From positions 3,254-67,253 of the forward strand of contig CAYQNV010000068.1 in assembly GCA_964418975.1 (NCBI GenBank): a stretch of DNA of 64,000 nucleotides, in the 5' to 3' direction. This DNA comes from an uncultured bacterium. GTDB lineage: Bacteria > Eisenbacteria > RBG-16-71-46. A program made the position numbers and the translations under genes. The notes under the pieces are model-generated. The model worked only from the letters and a program-made list of their open reading frames with translations, had not been told where the DNA came from and ran no database searches. Every line of letters begins with the position of its first letter. Positions within the stretch are counted from its first letter, which is position 1. Below, piece after piece: positions 9,626-21,997 of the stretch.

Positions 9626-10978
9626 ACAACGAGATCCTGGACGCGCTGAGCCAGATCACCCGAGAGAAGAGCGTGGACCGGCAGATGCTGGTCGAGACGC
9701 TCGAGGCGGGCCTGGCGAGCGCGGTGCGCAAGAAGCACGGCGCCACCGCCGACGTCGAGGTGCATTTCAACGACAAGACCGGCGCGCTCGAATGCGCGCT
9801 GCGCTATGCCGTGGTCGAGAGCGTGGAGGATCCCGCGTTCCAGTGGACCGTGGAGAAGGCGCGTGCGCACAAGCCGGATTCTCAGGTGGGCGACGTGGTG
9901 CGCATTCCGCTCGGCATCGCCGAATTCGGCCGCAACGCCATCCAGACCGCCAAGCAAGTGCTCATCCAGCGCGTGCGGGAGGCCGAGCGCGACAAGGTGT
10001 TCAAGGAGTACTCGGACAAGACCGGCACCCTGGTGCGCGGCGTCGTCCAGCAGGTGGACCGCGGCAACGTCATCGTGAAGCTCGACTTCTCGGAGGGCCT
10101 GCTGCCCGCCCGCGAGCAGATTCCGCGCAGCTACCACCGGCAGAACGACTACGTGCGCGCCGTGGTGTTGAACGTGGACCGTTCCGCCAAGGGACCTCAG
10201 GTGATCCTGTCTCGCACGCACCCGGACTTCCTGCGCCGCCTGTTCGAGAGCGAGGTGCCGGAGATCGCCGAGAGCATCGTCGAGGTGAAGGCGGTGGCCC
10301 GCGAGGCCGGTGCGCGCTCGAAGATCTCGGTGTTCTCCACCGACCCGCGAGTTGACGCGGTGGGCTCGTGCGTGGGGCTCAAGGGCTCGCGCGTGCAGAG
10401 CATCGTGCGGGAGCTCGGGGGCGAGCGCATCGACATCGTGCCGTGGTCGGCCGACCCGGCCGTGTTCGTTTCGCGCGCGCTCGCGCCGGCTCGCGTGGGC
10501 GACGTGCGGGTGAACGAGGCGGACAAGCGCATGCTCGTGGTGGTCGCGGATGACCAGTTGTCGCTGGCGATCGGCAAGGGTGGCCAGAACGCCCGGCTCG
10601 CCGCGCGGCTCACGGGGTGGAAGATCGACTTGGTCTCCAAGTCGGACGAGAAGAAGCGTCACGACCTCGAGCGCGCTAATCGCGTCGAGGTCGAGGCGCT
10701 GGGTCTGGGCGAAGCGACCACCGAGAAGCTCATCAGCGCCGGGATCGAGACGGTGCAGGAGCTGGTGGCCACGCCGCTCGAGAAACTGGTGGAGATCCCG
10801 GGCATCGGCGAGAAGACCGCGGAGAAGGTGCTGCTCACGGCGCAGGAGTACGTGGTCGCGCACCCCGCCCAGCCGCTCGTCGAGGCGAGCGAGATGGAGT
10901 TCACGCCCGAGATGGGATCCGAGGACGGCCTGGAGGCCGACGCTGCGGCGTCGACTGACGCCGCGGAAGGAGAGCCGC

Positions 10979-10989
<11 letters not shown>
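9622..10989 (+). CDS. nusA: Transcription termination/antitermination factor NusA
   Basis: ATG 9622 overlaps the rimP stop (ATGA). S1/KH motifs (GRNAIQTAKQV, AREAGARSKI, GSCVGLKGSRV, LAIGKGGQNARLA), one HhH repeat and an acidic tail. Confidence 0.97.
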
Positions 10990-13609
<2,620 letters not shown>

Positions 13610-13640
13610 TCGCAGCACCCCCGGGGCGTCGCGCCCGGCC

Positions 13641-13778
13641 GGGGAGAGGTGCCCTCTCGCCAGGCCGGACGCTCGCCTCGGGCTTCCTGCCCGAGACTCG
13701 CTAGGCGTTCGGCTCGCTTCGCCATCCCTGGCTCTCGCGAGCCTCTCGACTCCGGCTGGCGTGAGGGCACCTCACCCC
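13641..13778. repeat. Palindromic intergenic element 2 (about 28-bp imperfect terminal inverted repeats, internal hairpins)
   Basis: 13641-13669 pairs with 13751-13778 (2 mismatches, 1 gap). Inner hairpins CTCGGGC-ttcct-GCCCGAG (13677-13695) and GCCA-tccc-TGGC (13721-13732). Confidence 0.75.
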
Positions 13779-13844
13779 GACCAGGCGCTCGACACAGCGT
13801 CGAGCGAGTCCTCAACCTCAATCACCTCGAGGTCCGGGATCCCT

Positions 13845-14126
13845 ATGGTAGTGGGCATCGTCCGCTTCGAGATCCATCTGCCGGCCTCTCGGTCGTTGAA
13901 GGACAAGCGGCAGGTGGTGCGGTCTATGAAGGAGCGGCTGCGGGAGCGGGTGCGGGCTTCGGTGGCGGAGGTGGAGTACCAGGACCTTTGGCAGCGCGCC
14001 GCGATCGGGATCGCGGTGGTGGCGGCAGATGGCGGACAGGTGCGCGAGCTGCTCCAGAGCGCGCGCCACATCGTGGACCAGTACCTGCAAGCGCAGGTGC
14101 TCGATTGGCAGGAGACGCTGCAGTGA
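13845..14126 (+). CDS. DUF503 (YlxP-like) protein
   Basis: MVVGIVRFEIHLPASRSLKDKRQVVRS...SVAEVEYQDLWQRAAIG; usual position between infB and rbfA. Confidence 0.92.
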   Translation: MVVGIVRFEIHLPASRSLKDKRQVVRSMKERLRERVRASVAEVEYQDLWQRAAIGIAVVAADGGQVRELLQSARHIVDQYLQAQVLDWQETLQ

Positions 14127-14494
14127 GGATCCGTCCCGAGAAGGTCGCGCATCTCATGCGCCGCGAGATCGCCGAGATCCTGCAGCAGCGCCTGCGGGAC
14201 CCGCGCGTGTCGGCCATGGTGAGCGTCACAGATGTCGAGGTGACGAACGACCTGTCGTTCGCGAAGGTGTTCGTGAGCATCATGGGCCCGCCCGAAGGGA
14301 TCGCCTCCACGCTGCAGGCTCTGGGGCACGCCGTGGGCTTCGTGCGGCACGAGCTGGGGTCGCGGCTGGGGCTGCGCGAGGTGCCCGACCTGCGCTTCGT
14401 GCACGACCAGTCGCTCGACCGAGGGGCACGGGTCGAGGAACTGCTGAAGCGCATCCACGACCAGAAGCCGGTGGAGGACGAGGAGCTCGGATGA
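14123..14494 (+). CDS. rbfA: Ribosome-binding factor A
   Basis: GTG 14123. Motifs RDPRV, VTDVEVTNDLSFAKVFVS, VPDLRFVHDQSLDRG. Confidence 0.95.
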   Translation: MRIRPEKVAHLMRREIAEILQQRLRDPRVSAMVSVTDVEVTNDLSFAKVFVSIMGPPEGIASTLQALGHAVGFVRHELGSRLGLREVPDLRFVHDQSLDRGARVEELLKRIHDQKPVEDEELG

Positions 14495-15474
14495 CCACCC
14501 CCCGGCCGCATGCCGGGGCCCGGCCGGCGGGTGCGGTCGCGGAGTGGTCCGGCCTGCTCCCGGTGGACAAGCCCACCGGCGTCACCTCGCACGACGTGGT
14601 GGACCACGCGCGACGCCGGCTCGGCGTGCGCGCCGTAGGGCACCTGGGCACGCTCGACCCCGCGGCCTCGGGATTGCTCGTGCTCGCGGTGGGCGCCGCG
14701 ACACGTTGTGCGGTGGTGTGGCAGGGCGGGCGCAAGACCTACGCCGGCACGGCGCGCTTCGGCGTGGTGACCGATTCGCAGGACCTCCAGGGCCGCGTGC
14801 TGGCCACGTCGGAGCAGCGGCCCAACGAGGCCGAGGTACGCACCGCGGTCCTGTCGCTCACCGGCGAGCTCGCGCAGGTGCCGCCCATGGTGTCGGCGCT
14901 CAAGCGTGGCGGGGAACGCCTGTACGAGATCGCGCGCCGCGGCGAGACCGTGGAGCGCGCACCGCGGCCGGTGCGCGTGGACGGTTGGCGCTGGCTCGAA
15001 TTCACGCCCGACGAGGCCCGCTTCGAGGTGGATTGTTCGGGCGGCACCTACGTGCGTACGCTGGTGCACGATCTCGGAACCCAGCTCGGCTGCGGCGCGG
15101 CGCTCGCGGAGCTGCGCCGTCTGCGGAGCGAGCCGTTCGACGTGGCGAGCGCCTGCCCGTGGGAGGAGCTGGCCGGCGTGGCCATCGATTCGGCGGAGGT
15201 GCTGGCGCGCTGGGGAGTGCCACTCGATCGCGCGCTCGAGACGCTCCCGGCCGTTGTGCTCGACGCCGCGGACGCCGCGGCCGTGGGGCGCGGGCAGGGC
15301 CCGCGCGTGGAGCCGGGACCGGCCCCGCTCGACGCGGGGGAACGCAGCGTGGTGTTCCGTACCGCTGAGGGTCGCGCGCTCGCGCTGGGTGAGCTGCGTC
15401 ACGAGGGCGACGGCGTGCGCGCTCGTCCGAGCGTGGTGTTCCCGTGGGCGGTGCGCGAGGGGCCCTCGGCATGA
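14491..15474 (+). CDS. truB: tRNA pseudouridine(55) synthase TruB
   Basis: Motifs DKPTGVTSHDVV, GHLGTLDP (catalytic Asp), GERLYEIARRG, CSGGTYVRTL. Confidence 0.95.
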   Translation: MTTPRPHAGARPAGAVAEWSGLLPVDKPTGVTSHDVVDHARRRLGVRAVGHLGTLDPAASGLLVLAVGAATRCAVVWQGGRKTYAGTARFGVVTDSQDLQGRVLATSEQRPNEAEVRTAVLSLTGELAQVPPMVSALKRGGERLYEIARRGETVERAPRPVRVDGWRWLEFTPDEARFEVDCSGGTYVRTLVHDLGTQLGCGAALAELRRLRSEPFDVASACPWEELAGVAIDSAEVLARWGVPLDRALETLPAVVLDAADAAAVGRGQGPRVEPGPAPLDAGERSVVFRTAEGRALALGELRHEGDGVRARPSVVFPWAVREGPSA

Positions 15475-16373
15475 GCGGCGCGGTCGCGGTCGGCGTGTTC
15501 GATGGCGTGCACCTCGGGCACCGGGCGCTGCTCGAGCGCACGCGCGAGCGCGCCACGGGCGGTCGCGTGGTGGCGGTGAGCTTCGAGCCGCATCCCGACG
15601 TGGTGCTGGCCCGCGAGTTCCGGCCGTACGCCCCGCTCACGCCGCTTCCCGAGAAGCTCGCACGCTTCGCACGCCTGGGCGTGGATCTCCACGTGCTGCC
15701 GTTCACACGCGAACTGGCCGCGCTCGAGCCCGACGTGTTCGTGCAGCGGCACCTGGTGGAGCCGTTCGCACCGCGCTGGCTCGTGGTGGGTGAGGATTTC
15801 GCGTTGGGCCGCGGCCGAGCCGGGAACGTCGCGCGACTGCGCGAGCTGGGTGCTCGGTCGGGCTTCGAGGTGGATGCGCTGCCGCTGCACGTCGCGGCGG
15901 GCGCCCCGGTGACGAGCACGCGCATCCGCGCACTGCTCGCCGAGGGCCGCGTGGTGGACGCGGGCGTGCTGCTCGGCCGCCCGTACGGCTTGACCGGGCT
16001 CGTGGTGGGGGGCGAGCGACTCGGGCGCACGCTGGGATTCCCCACCGCGAACCTGAGGCTGCACGACGAGCAGCTGGTCCCCGCGCACGGCATCTACGCG
16101 GTGTGGGCGCGTCCGCCGGGTGAGTCGGCGTGGCGCATGGGGGCCATGAGCGTCGGGGTTCGGCCCACGTTCGGAGGGGGCCTGCGCACGCTCGAGGTGT
16201 TCCTGCTCGACTGGAATGGCGACCTCTACGGACAGGATCTCGCCGTGGCGTTCGCCGACTGGCTCCGCCCGGAGCGGGCTTTCCCGGACGCTCAAGCGCT
16301 GGTGGCCGCCATGACCGCCGACGTCGCCGAGGCACGGATCCGGCTCGCTCGCCTCGGGCCCCCGGCCGAATGA
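15471..16373 (+). CDS. ribF: Bifunctional riboflavin kinase/FAD synthetase
   Basis: Motifs GVFDGVHLGH, SFEPHP, VGEDF, TSTRIR, GRTLGFPTANL, GVRPTF. Confidence 0.95.
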   Translation: MSGAVAVGVFDGVHLGHRALLERTRERATGGRVVAVSFEPHPDVVLAREFRPYAPLTPLPEKLARFARLGVDLHVLPFTRELAALEPDVFVQRHLVEPFAPRWLVVGEDFALGRGRAGNVARLRELGARSGFEVDALPLHVAAGAPVTSTRIRALLAEGRVVDAGVLLGRPYGLTGLVVGGERLGRTLGFPTANLRLHDEQLVPAHGIYAVWARPPGESAWRMGAMSVGVRPTFGGGLRTLEVFLLDWNGDLYGQDLAVAFADWLRPERAFPDAQALVAAMTADVAEARIRLARLGPPAE

Positions 16374-16483
16374 CGTGCCGAGCTCTGCGCCAACCGCCGT
16401 CTGAGCCGACAAATCCAATAATGACAAGTGGTTAGGCAGTTCTTGGCATCTGCGACCCCCGACTGGAGGCCGGCGCGCGTCGG

Positions 16484-16492
16484 TGTTATATT
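16484..16492 (+). promoter_or_regulatory. Putative extended -10 promoter for rpsO
   Basis: TG-T-TATATT about 105 nt upstream of the rpsO TTG start. Confidence 0.5.
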
Positions 16493-16597
16493 CCCGCGTC
16501 GCCCTGGACCCTCAGGGTTCCCCGCAGCACGCGCTTCCCGTCGAGACCTGAACCTCGCGGGCGGGGCCGGGCACTCACCCGTATCAGGAGTCGTCCC

Positions 16598-16867
16598 TTG
16601 ACGCTGACCAAGGAACAGAAACTGGGCATCATCGAGAAATTCAAGACGCACGAGGGAGATTCGGGTTCTCCGGAGGTGCAGATCGCCCTCCTCACCGAGA
16701 AGATCAACTACCTCACCGAGCACTTCAAGGTCCACAAGCGCGACCACGCGTCGCGGCGAGGGCTGTTGCGCATGGTCGGTCAGCGCCGCCGCCTGCTGGA
16801 CTACTTGAAAGCGACCAAGGTCGAACGCTACCGAAAGGTGGTAAAGGACCTGGGACTTCGCCGCTAG
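16598..16867 (+). CDS. rpsO: 30S ribosomal protein S15
   Basis: [53 protein letters not shown]; TTG start with AGGAG SD. Confidence 0.99.
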   Translation: MTLTKEQKLGIIEKFKTHEGDSGSPEVQIALLTEKINYLTEHFKVHKRDHASRRGLLRMVGQRRRLLDYLKATKVERYRKVVKDLGLRR

Positions 16868-16886
16868 GAGATCCTGGCGGCACGAG

Positions 16887-16914
16887 ACGCGGCCCACACG
16901 GGCCGCGTTCTCTT
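16887..16914 (+). terminator. Hairpin downstream of rpsO (terminator or processing site)
   Basis: ACGCGGCCC-acac-GGGCCGCGT followed by TCTCTT (weak U-tract). Confidence 0.55.
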
Positions 16915-17018
16915 AAGGACGGGGAGGGCCCCCGTCCGACCCACCGGGCGCCGCACGCACGGATGGGTGGACAGCGGCCGGGAAGGCCCCGGCTGCATGC
17001 GAGAGAACAGGAAGTGGA

Positions 17019-19199
17019 ATGGCAGAGCACAAGGTAACTGTCGACTTGGGCGGCAAGGAACTCACGATCAGCACTGGCAAGTGGGCCAAGCTCGCCGGCG
17101 GTTCCGCCGTCGTCCAGCTGGGCGGCACGATCGTGCTGGTGGCGTCGAGCGCCGCGAAGACCGCGAAGCCAGGGCTGGATTTCGTGCCCCTGACCTGCGA
17201 CTACCGCGAGCGCACGTACGCCGCGGGCAAGATCCCGGGCGGCTTCTTCAAGCGTGAAGGGCGTCCCACGGAGAAGGAGACGCTTTCGAGCCGCCAGATC
17301 GATCGTCCGATCCGTCCGCTCATGCACAAGCAGTGGACGTACGAGACCCAGGTCATGGCGACCGTGGTGTCCTCGGATCAGGAGCACGACGGTGACGTCC
17401 TCGCGGTGATCGGCGGCTCCGTGTCGCTGGTGCTGTCGGACATCCCGTTCCCCGAGCCGGTGGCCTGCGTCCGCGTGGGCCGGGTGGAGGGCCAGTGGGT
17501 GGCGATGCCCACGTTTGCGCAGCTCGACGAATCCGACGTGGACATCGTCGTGGCCGGAACGGCAACCGACATCATCATGGTGGAAGGTGGCAGCCGCGAG
17601 GTGTCCGAGGCGGACATGATCGGCGCGCTGGACTTCGCCATGCAGCAGATCCGCAAGATCGTCGCGGTGCAGAGCGAGCTGGTGAAGCTCGCCGGCAAGC
17701 CGAAGCGCCCGGTGATCGATAAGGTTGACGTGAGCGAGCTCGAGGCGGAGTTGCGCTCCATGTACACGAACCGCCTGCGCGATGCGATCCGCATTCCCGG
17801 CAAGGAGTCGCGCCAGGAAGAGCTGGATATCATCACGAAGGAAGCCGTGGCGGCACTGGCCGAGAAGCACGGCGACAAGGCGGTGTTCACGGCCAAGCTC
17901 CTGCACGACATCGAGCGCGACGAGTTGCGCGAGATGATTCTGCGCGATGGCGTGCGCTCGGACGGTCGCAAGCCGGACCAGATCCGCCCGATCACCATCG
18001 AGGTCGGCGTGCTTCCACGCACGCACGGCTCGTGCCTGTTCACGCGCGGCGAGACGCAGGCGCTGGTGGTCACCACGCTCGGCACCAAGTCCGACGAGCA
18101 GCGCGTCGAGGAGCTCGAGGGCCAGTCGTGGAAGTCGTACATGCTGCACTACAACTTCCCGCCGTTCTCCGTGGGCGAGACGCGTCCGATTCGCGGGCCG
18201 GGTCGTCGCGAGATCGGCCACGGCGCGCTCGCCGAGCGCTCCGTCGAACCGGTGATCCCCGCCGACACGAGCTTCCCGTACACGATCCGCATCGTGTCGG
18301 ACATCCTCGAGTCGAACGGGTCGTCGTCGATGGCGTCGGTGTGCGGCGCTTCCATGTCGCTCATGGACGCCGGCGTGCCGGTGAAGGCGCCGGTCGCGGG
18401 CGTGGCGATGGGCCTGATCAAGGAAGGTGACCGCGTCGCGGTGCTCACCGACATCCTTGGCGTCGAGGATCACCTCGGCGACATGGATTTCAAGGTGACG
18501 GGCACCACCGAGGGCATCACGGCATTCCAGATGGACACCAAGATCGGCGGCATCTCGTTCGAGATCATGAAGAGCGCTCTCGAGCAGGCGCGCGTCGGCC
18601 GGCTGTTCATCCTCGGCAAGATGAAGGACTGCCTGGCCGCGCCGCGTGGGGAGATGTCGCCGTTCGCGCCGCGCATCACGATCCTGCACATCAATCCCGA
18701 CAAGATCCGCGAGGTCATCGGGCCGGGTGGCAAGATCATCAAGAAGATCACCGAAGAGACCGGCTGCCAGATCGACATCGAGGACACCGGTGAGATCCGC
18801 ATCGCGGCCGTCAACATGGAAGGCAGCAAGCGCGCCGAGGAGATCATCCGCAATATCACGGAGGATCCCGAGATCGGCCGGACCTACCAGGGCAAGGTGC
18901 GGAGCATCGTCAACTTCGGCGCGTTCGTGGAGATCGTTCCGGGGCGTGACGGGCTGCTGCACGTGTCCGAGATCGACTGGGGCCGCACCGAAAAGGTCGA
19001 GGACGTGCTGAACGTCGGCGACCTGGTGATGGTCAAGGTGGTTGACGTGGATCGGGACGGCAAGATCCGCCTGTCGCGACGCGCCCTGCTGCCGCAGCCG
19101 GAAGGCTACGTGGGAGCGGGTGCGGGCAGCGGCGGCAGTGGCGGTGGCCGACGTGACCGGGACCGCGGCGACCGCGATCGCGGTCCGCGCCGGCGCTAG
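17019..19199 (+). CDS. pnp: Polyribonucleotide nucleotidyltransferase (PNPase)
   Basis: Motifs IPGGFFKREGRP, FTRGETQ, HYNFPPFSVGE, RREIGHGALAE, ESNGSSSMAS, GDMDFKV, plus KH and S1 domains. Confidence 0.99.
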   Translation: MAEHKVTVDLGGKELTISTGKWAKLAGGSAVVQLGGTIVLVASSAAKTAKPGLDFVPLTCDYRERTYAAGKIPGGFFKREGRPTEKETLSSRQIDRPIRPLMHKQWTYETQVMATVVSSDQEHDGDVLAVIGGSVSLVLSDIPFPEPVACVRVGRVEGQWVAMPTFAQLDESDVDIVVAGTATDIIMVEGGSREVSEADMIGALDFAMQQIRKIVAVQSELVKLAGKPKRPVIDKVDVSELEAELRSMYTNRLRDAIRIPGKESRQEELDIITKEAVAALAEKHGDKAVFTAKLLHDIERDELREMILRDGVRSDGRKPDQIRPITIEVGVLPRTHGSCLFTRGETQALVVTTLGTKSDEQRVEELEGQSWKSYMLHYNFPPFSVGETRPIRGPGRREIGHGALAERSVEPVIPADTSFPYTIRIVSDILESNGSSSMASVCGASMSLMDAGVPVKAPVAGVAMGLIKEGDRVAVLTDILGVEDHLGDMDFKVTGTTEGITAFQMDTKIGGISFEIMKSALEQARVGRLFILGKMKDCLAAPRGEMSPFAPRITILHINPDKIREVIGPGGKIIKKITEETGCQIDIEDTGEIRIAAVNMEGSKRAEEIIRNITEDPEIGRTYQGKVRSIVNFGAFVEIVPGRDGLLHVSEIDWGRTEKVEDVLNVGDLVMVKVVDVDRDGKIRLSRRALLPQPEGYVGAGAGSGGSGGGRRDRDRGDRDRGPRRR

Positions 19200-19214
19200 C
19201 AGCGAACATCCGTG

Positions 19215-19248
19215 ACGGCGGGCGGCCCATCCGGGTCGCCCGCCGTTT
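19215..19248 (+). terminator. Probable intrinsic terminator after pnp
   Basis: 14-bp stem ACGGCGGGCGGCCC-atcc-GGGTCGCCCGCCGT (one G-U pair) followed by TT. Confidence 0.6.
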
Positions 19249-19323
19249 GCGCGTACGGGAGTCGGATGTCACGTTCCGACCTCGCCCCTTCCCCGGATCC
19301 GGACTCGCCCCCTTGCGAAGGCG

Positions 19324-19371
19324 TCCATGAGCGAAGCGAAGGCATCCATGAGCGAAGCGAAAGTGTCCATG
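19324..19371 (+). repeat. 21-nt tandem repeat at the start of the M16 peptidase
   Basis: TCCATGAGCGAAGCGAAGGCA / TCCATGAGCGAAGCGAAAGTG / TCCATG, encoding MSEAKAS-MSEAKVS-MP. Confidence 0.85.
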
Positions 19372-20676
19372 CCCGACGTGAACGAGTCCAACGCCAACAC
19401 GGTCTCGAAGACCGTCCTGCCGACGGGTCTCACCCTGCTGTCCCAGACGCTTTCCGATCGCCGCACGCTTTCGCTCGGCGTGTGGGTGCGGAGTGGCTCG
19501 CGCGACGAGCCCCGGCCGCTGCTTGGCGTGACGCACTTCCTCGAACACATGATGTTCAAGGGCACCGAGACACGCGACGCCCGGGCGATCGCCGCGAGCC
19601 TCGAGTCCCTCGGCGGCCACTTGGACGCATTCACCTCGCGCGAACAGGTCTGCTACACCGCGCGCGTGCTCTCGGAGCACCTGCCGCAAGCGGTCGAGGT
19701 GCTGTCCGACCTGGTGTGTCGTTCGCGGTTCGAGACGGCCGAGATCGAGCGCGAGAAGTCGGTCGTGCGCGAGGAGATCCTGTCCTACGAGGACAGCCCC
19801 GAGGAGAAGGTGGCCGACCTGCTCTCCGAGCAGTTGTGGGGCGATCATGCGCTCGGACGCCCCATCCTCGGCACGCTCGAGACGGTCACGGCGCTCGACC
19901 GCGACGCGATCCGCGCCCAGTTCGTGGGACGCTATCGCGCGGACCAGCTGGTGGTGGTGGCGGCTGGCGGGCTCGAACACGAGGCGCTGGTGGCCGAATC
20001 CGCGCGTTGGTTTTCGCCGCCCGACGGCGCGGCGCCGGTGCTGGACCGGCTTCCGGAGTCCCACCGCCCGAGCGTGCGACACGAGACCCGTGACCTGCAG
20101 CAGCTCTACCTGTCGCTCGGAGCGCGCGGCGTGGCCTACGGCGATCCCACGCGATACTCACTCGTGGTGGGGGAGACGCTGCTCGGCGGCGGCATGAGCT
20201 CGCGGCTGTTCCAGCGCATCCGCGAGCAGGCGGGCCTCGCCTACAGCGTGTTCACCTCGCTCGACCTGCTCCGCGACGGCGGGCTGCTCGCCATCCACCT
20301 CGGCGTCTCGCCCGAGAAGGGGCGCGAGGCGCTCCAGCTTCTGCGCGAGGAGATCTCGCGCCTGCTGAGCGAGGGCCCCACCTCCGACGAGGTGGAAGCC
20401 GCGAAGATGCAGCTCAAGGGGTCGGTGGTGATGGCGCAGGAGAGCGTGTCGAGCCGCATGTATCACGTGGCGCGCCAGGAGCTCTACCTCGGCCGCCAGA
20501 CGTCGTCGGAGGAGCAGCTCGAGCACATCCTCGCCGTGACCCGCGACCAGGCACACGACGCGCTCCGCCGGTTCACCCGGCCGGAACGGTTCTCACTCGC
20601 AGCACTCGGACCCGACCCCGGCGGGGCGCTGAGCGAGAGCGACTGGCCGGTGGCGGCGGACGCCCCGGGCACTTAG
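19327..20676 (+). CDS. M16 (pitrilysin/insulinase) family Zn peptidase
   Basis: HFLEHMMFKGT inverted zinc motif, LDAFTSRE, GGGMSSRLFQRIREQAGLAYSV. Start could be 19327, 19348 or 19369. Confidence 0.93.
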   Translation: MSEAKASMSEAKVSMPDVNESNANTVSKTVLPTGLTLLSQTLSDRRTLSLGVWVRSGSRDEPRPLLGVTHFLEHMMFKGTETRDARAIAASLESLGGHLDAFTSREQVCYTARVLSEHLPQAVEVLSDLVCRSRFETAEIEREKSVVREEILSYEDSPEEKVADLLSEQLWGDHALGRPILGTLETVTALDRDAIRAQFVGRYRADQLVVVAAGGLEHEALVAESARWFSPPDGAAPVLDRLPESHRPSVRHETRDLQQLYLSLGARGVAYGDPTRYSLVVGETLLGGGMSSRLFQRIREQAGLAYSVFTSLDLLRDGGLLAIHLGVSPEKGREALQLLREEISRLLSEGPTSDEVEAAKMQLKGSVVMAQESVSSRMYHVARQELYLGRQTSSEEQLEHILAVTRDQAHDALRRFTRPERFSLAALGPDPGGALSESDWPVAADAPGT

Positions 20677-20728
20677 GCCGCGGCGCCGGCCGCACGCCCG
20701 CGCGCGTTCGGCCGGCCGCGCGACGCAT

Positions 20729-21940
20729 TCACCAGGTGAGTCCCGCGCGCACCATGCGCTCGCCCGCGTCGCGGCAGCGCGCCTCGTCCACGCACAGCGC
20801 GACTCGCACATAGCCCTCGCCGGCCTGGCCGAAGCCCGAGCCCGGCGACACCACGACGCCGGTCTTGTCGAGCAGCTCCGACGTGAAGTCGAGCGAGTTC
20901 GCGAAACGCCCTGGGATCGGCAGCCACAGGTAGAGCGTGGCCAATGGCCGCGCCACCGGGTAGCCGAGCGGCGCGATCGCCGACAGGAACGCCTCGCCGC
21001 GCTTGCGATAGAGCTTCGCGGCGTCGGCACAGTAATCCTGGGGCCCATTCAGCACGGCGAGCCCGGCGCGCTGGATGGCCATGAACACGCCGAAGTCCAT
21101 GTTGGACTTGATGCGCGTGAGGTTCGCGACGATGTCCGCGTTGCCGACGGCGAAACCCAGACGCCAGCCCTGCATGGAGTAACTCTTCGAAAACGAGTGG
21201 AACTCGAGCGTTCGCTCCTTGTCGCGGTCGTGCTGCAGGAACGATCGCGCGCGATACGACGGGTCGAGCGGCAGGTCGCAATACGCGATGTCGCTCACCA
21301 CGAACAGGTCGTGGAGCCGGGCAAAGGCCAGGATCTCGTCGTAGAGCTCCGCCGACTCCGTGCCGCCGGTGGGATTGTTCGGGTAGTTCAGGAACAGCAC
21401 CTTCGCGCGCCGTGCCTCGTCCTCGGGAATCGCGGCCAGATTCGGGCGAAAACCGTGTGCGGGCTCGAGCGGTACTTCGATCACGCGTACCTGCGCGAGC
21501 GCGGCGAGTCCGAGGTAGGCCGGGTAGCACGGCGTGCACAGCAAGATCGTGTCGCCGGGATTCAGGTGCGCGAGGAAGAACTTGGCGATACCTTCCTTGG
21601 AGCCCACCAGCGCGAGCGCCTCGCGCTCGGGATCCACCGGTACGCCGAATCGGCGCCCGTACCAGCCGGCGACCGCAGCGCGGAACTCGGGCAGGCCATT
21701 GAACGAGGGATAGCGGTGGTTCTGAACGCGCGGGTCCAACAGCGCTGCCTGAAGCGTGTCGAGCGCGATCTGAGGCGGCCGGATGTCAGGGTTCCCCACG
21801 CCCAGATCGATGACGTCGACGCCCTGGCGCAGCTTCTCGTCGCGATTCTGGAACACTCGCGCGAGCGCGTACGGAGGCACGTTCAGGAGGCGGTCCGACG
21901 CCGCAAGGCGAGGTTTGACAGGCGATTGGCTCGACGACAT
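20729..21940 (-). CDS. Class I/II PLP aminotransferase, LL-diaminopimelate aminotransferase (DapL)-like
   Basis: ATG at 21940. Motifs IDLGVGNPD, HRYPS, GSKEG, NYPNNPTG, EFHSFSKSYSMQGWRLG, KSNMDFG. Confidence 0.85.
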   Translation of the reverse strand: MSSSQSPVKPRLAASDRLLNVPPYALARVFQNRDEKLRQGVDVIDLGVGNPDIRPPQIALDTLQAALLDPRVQNHRYPSFNGLPEFRAAVAGWYGRRFGVPVDPEREALALVGSKEGIAKFFLAHLNPGDTILLCTPCYPAYLGLAALAQVRVIEVPLEPAHGFRPNLAAIPEDEARRAKVLFLNYPNNPTGGTESAELYDEILAFARLHDLFVVSDIAYCDLPLDPSYRARSFLQHDRDKERTLEFHSFSKSYSMQGWRLGFAVGNADIVANLTRIKSNMDFGVFMAIQRAGLAVLNGPQDYCADAAKLYRKRGEAFLSAIAPLGYPVARPLATLYLWLPIPGRFANSLDFTSELLDKTGVVVSPGSGFGQAGEGYVRVALCVDEARCRDAGERMVRAGLTW

Positions 21941-21997
21941 AGTGACTCCCTCGATGGCCGCTCCCGGCACGGCACTGGACTTGCGATGTTCGTGTGC

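Noticed and set aside
16725-18962. 745-aa minus-strand ORF (also similar long antisense ORFs at 9388-11013, 10901-12217, 38847-41057, 32007-34592 and 34316-36409)
   Set aside because: Each lies opposite a well-supported gene; stop codons are scarce at this GC content; no recognisable domains.
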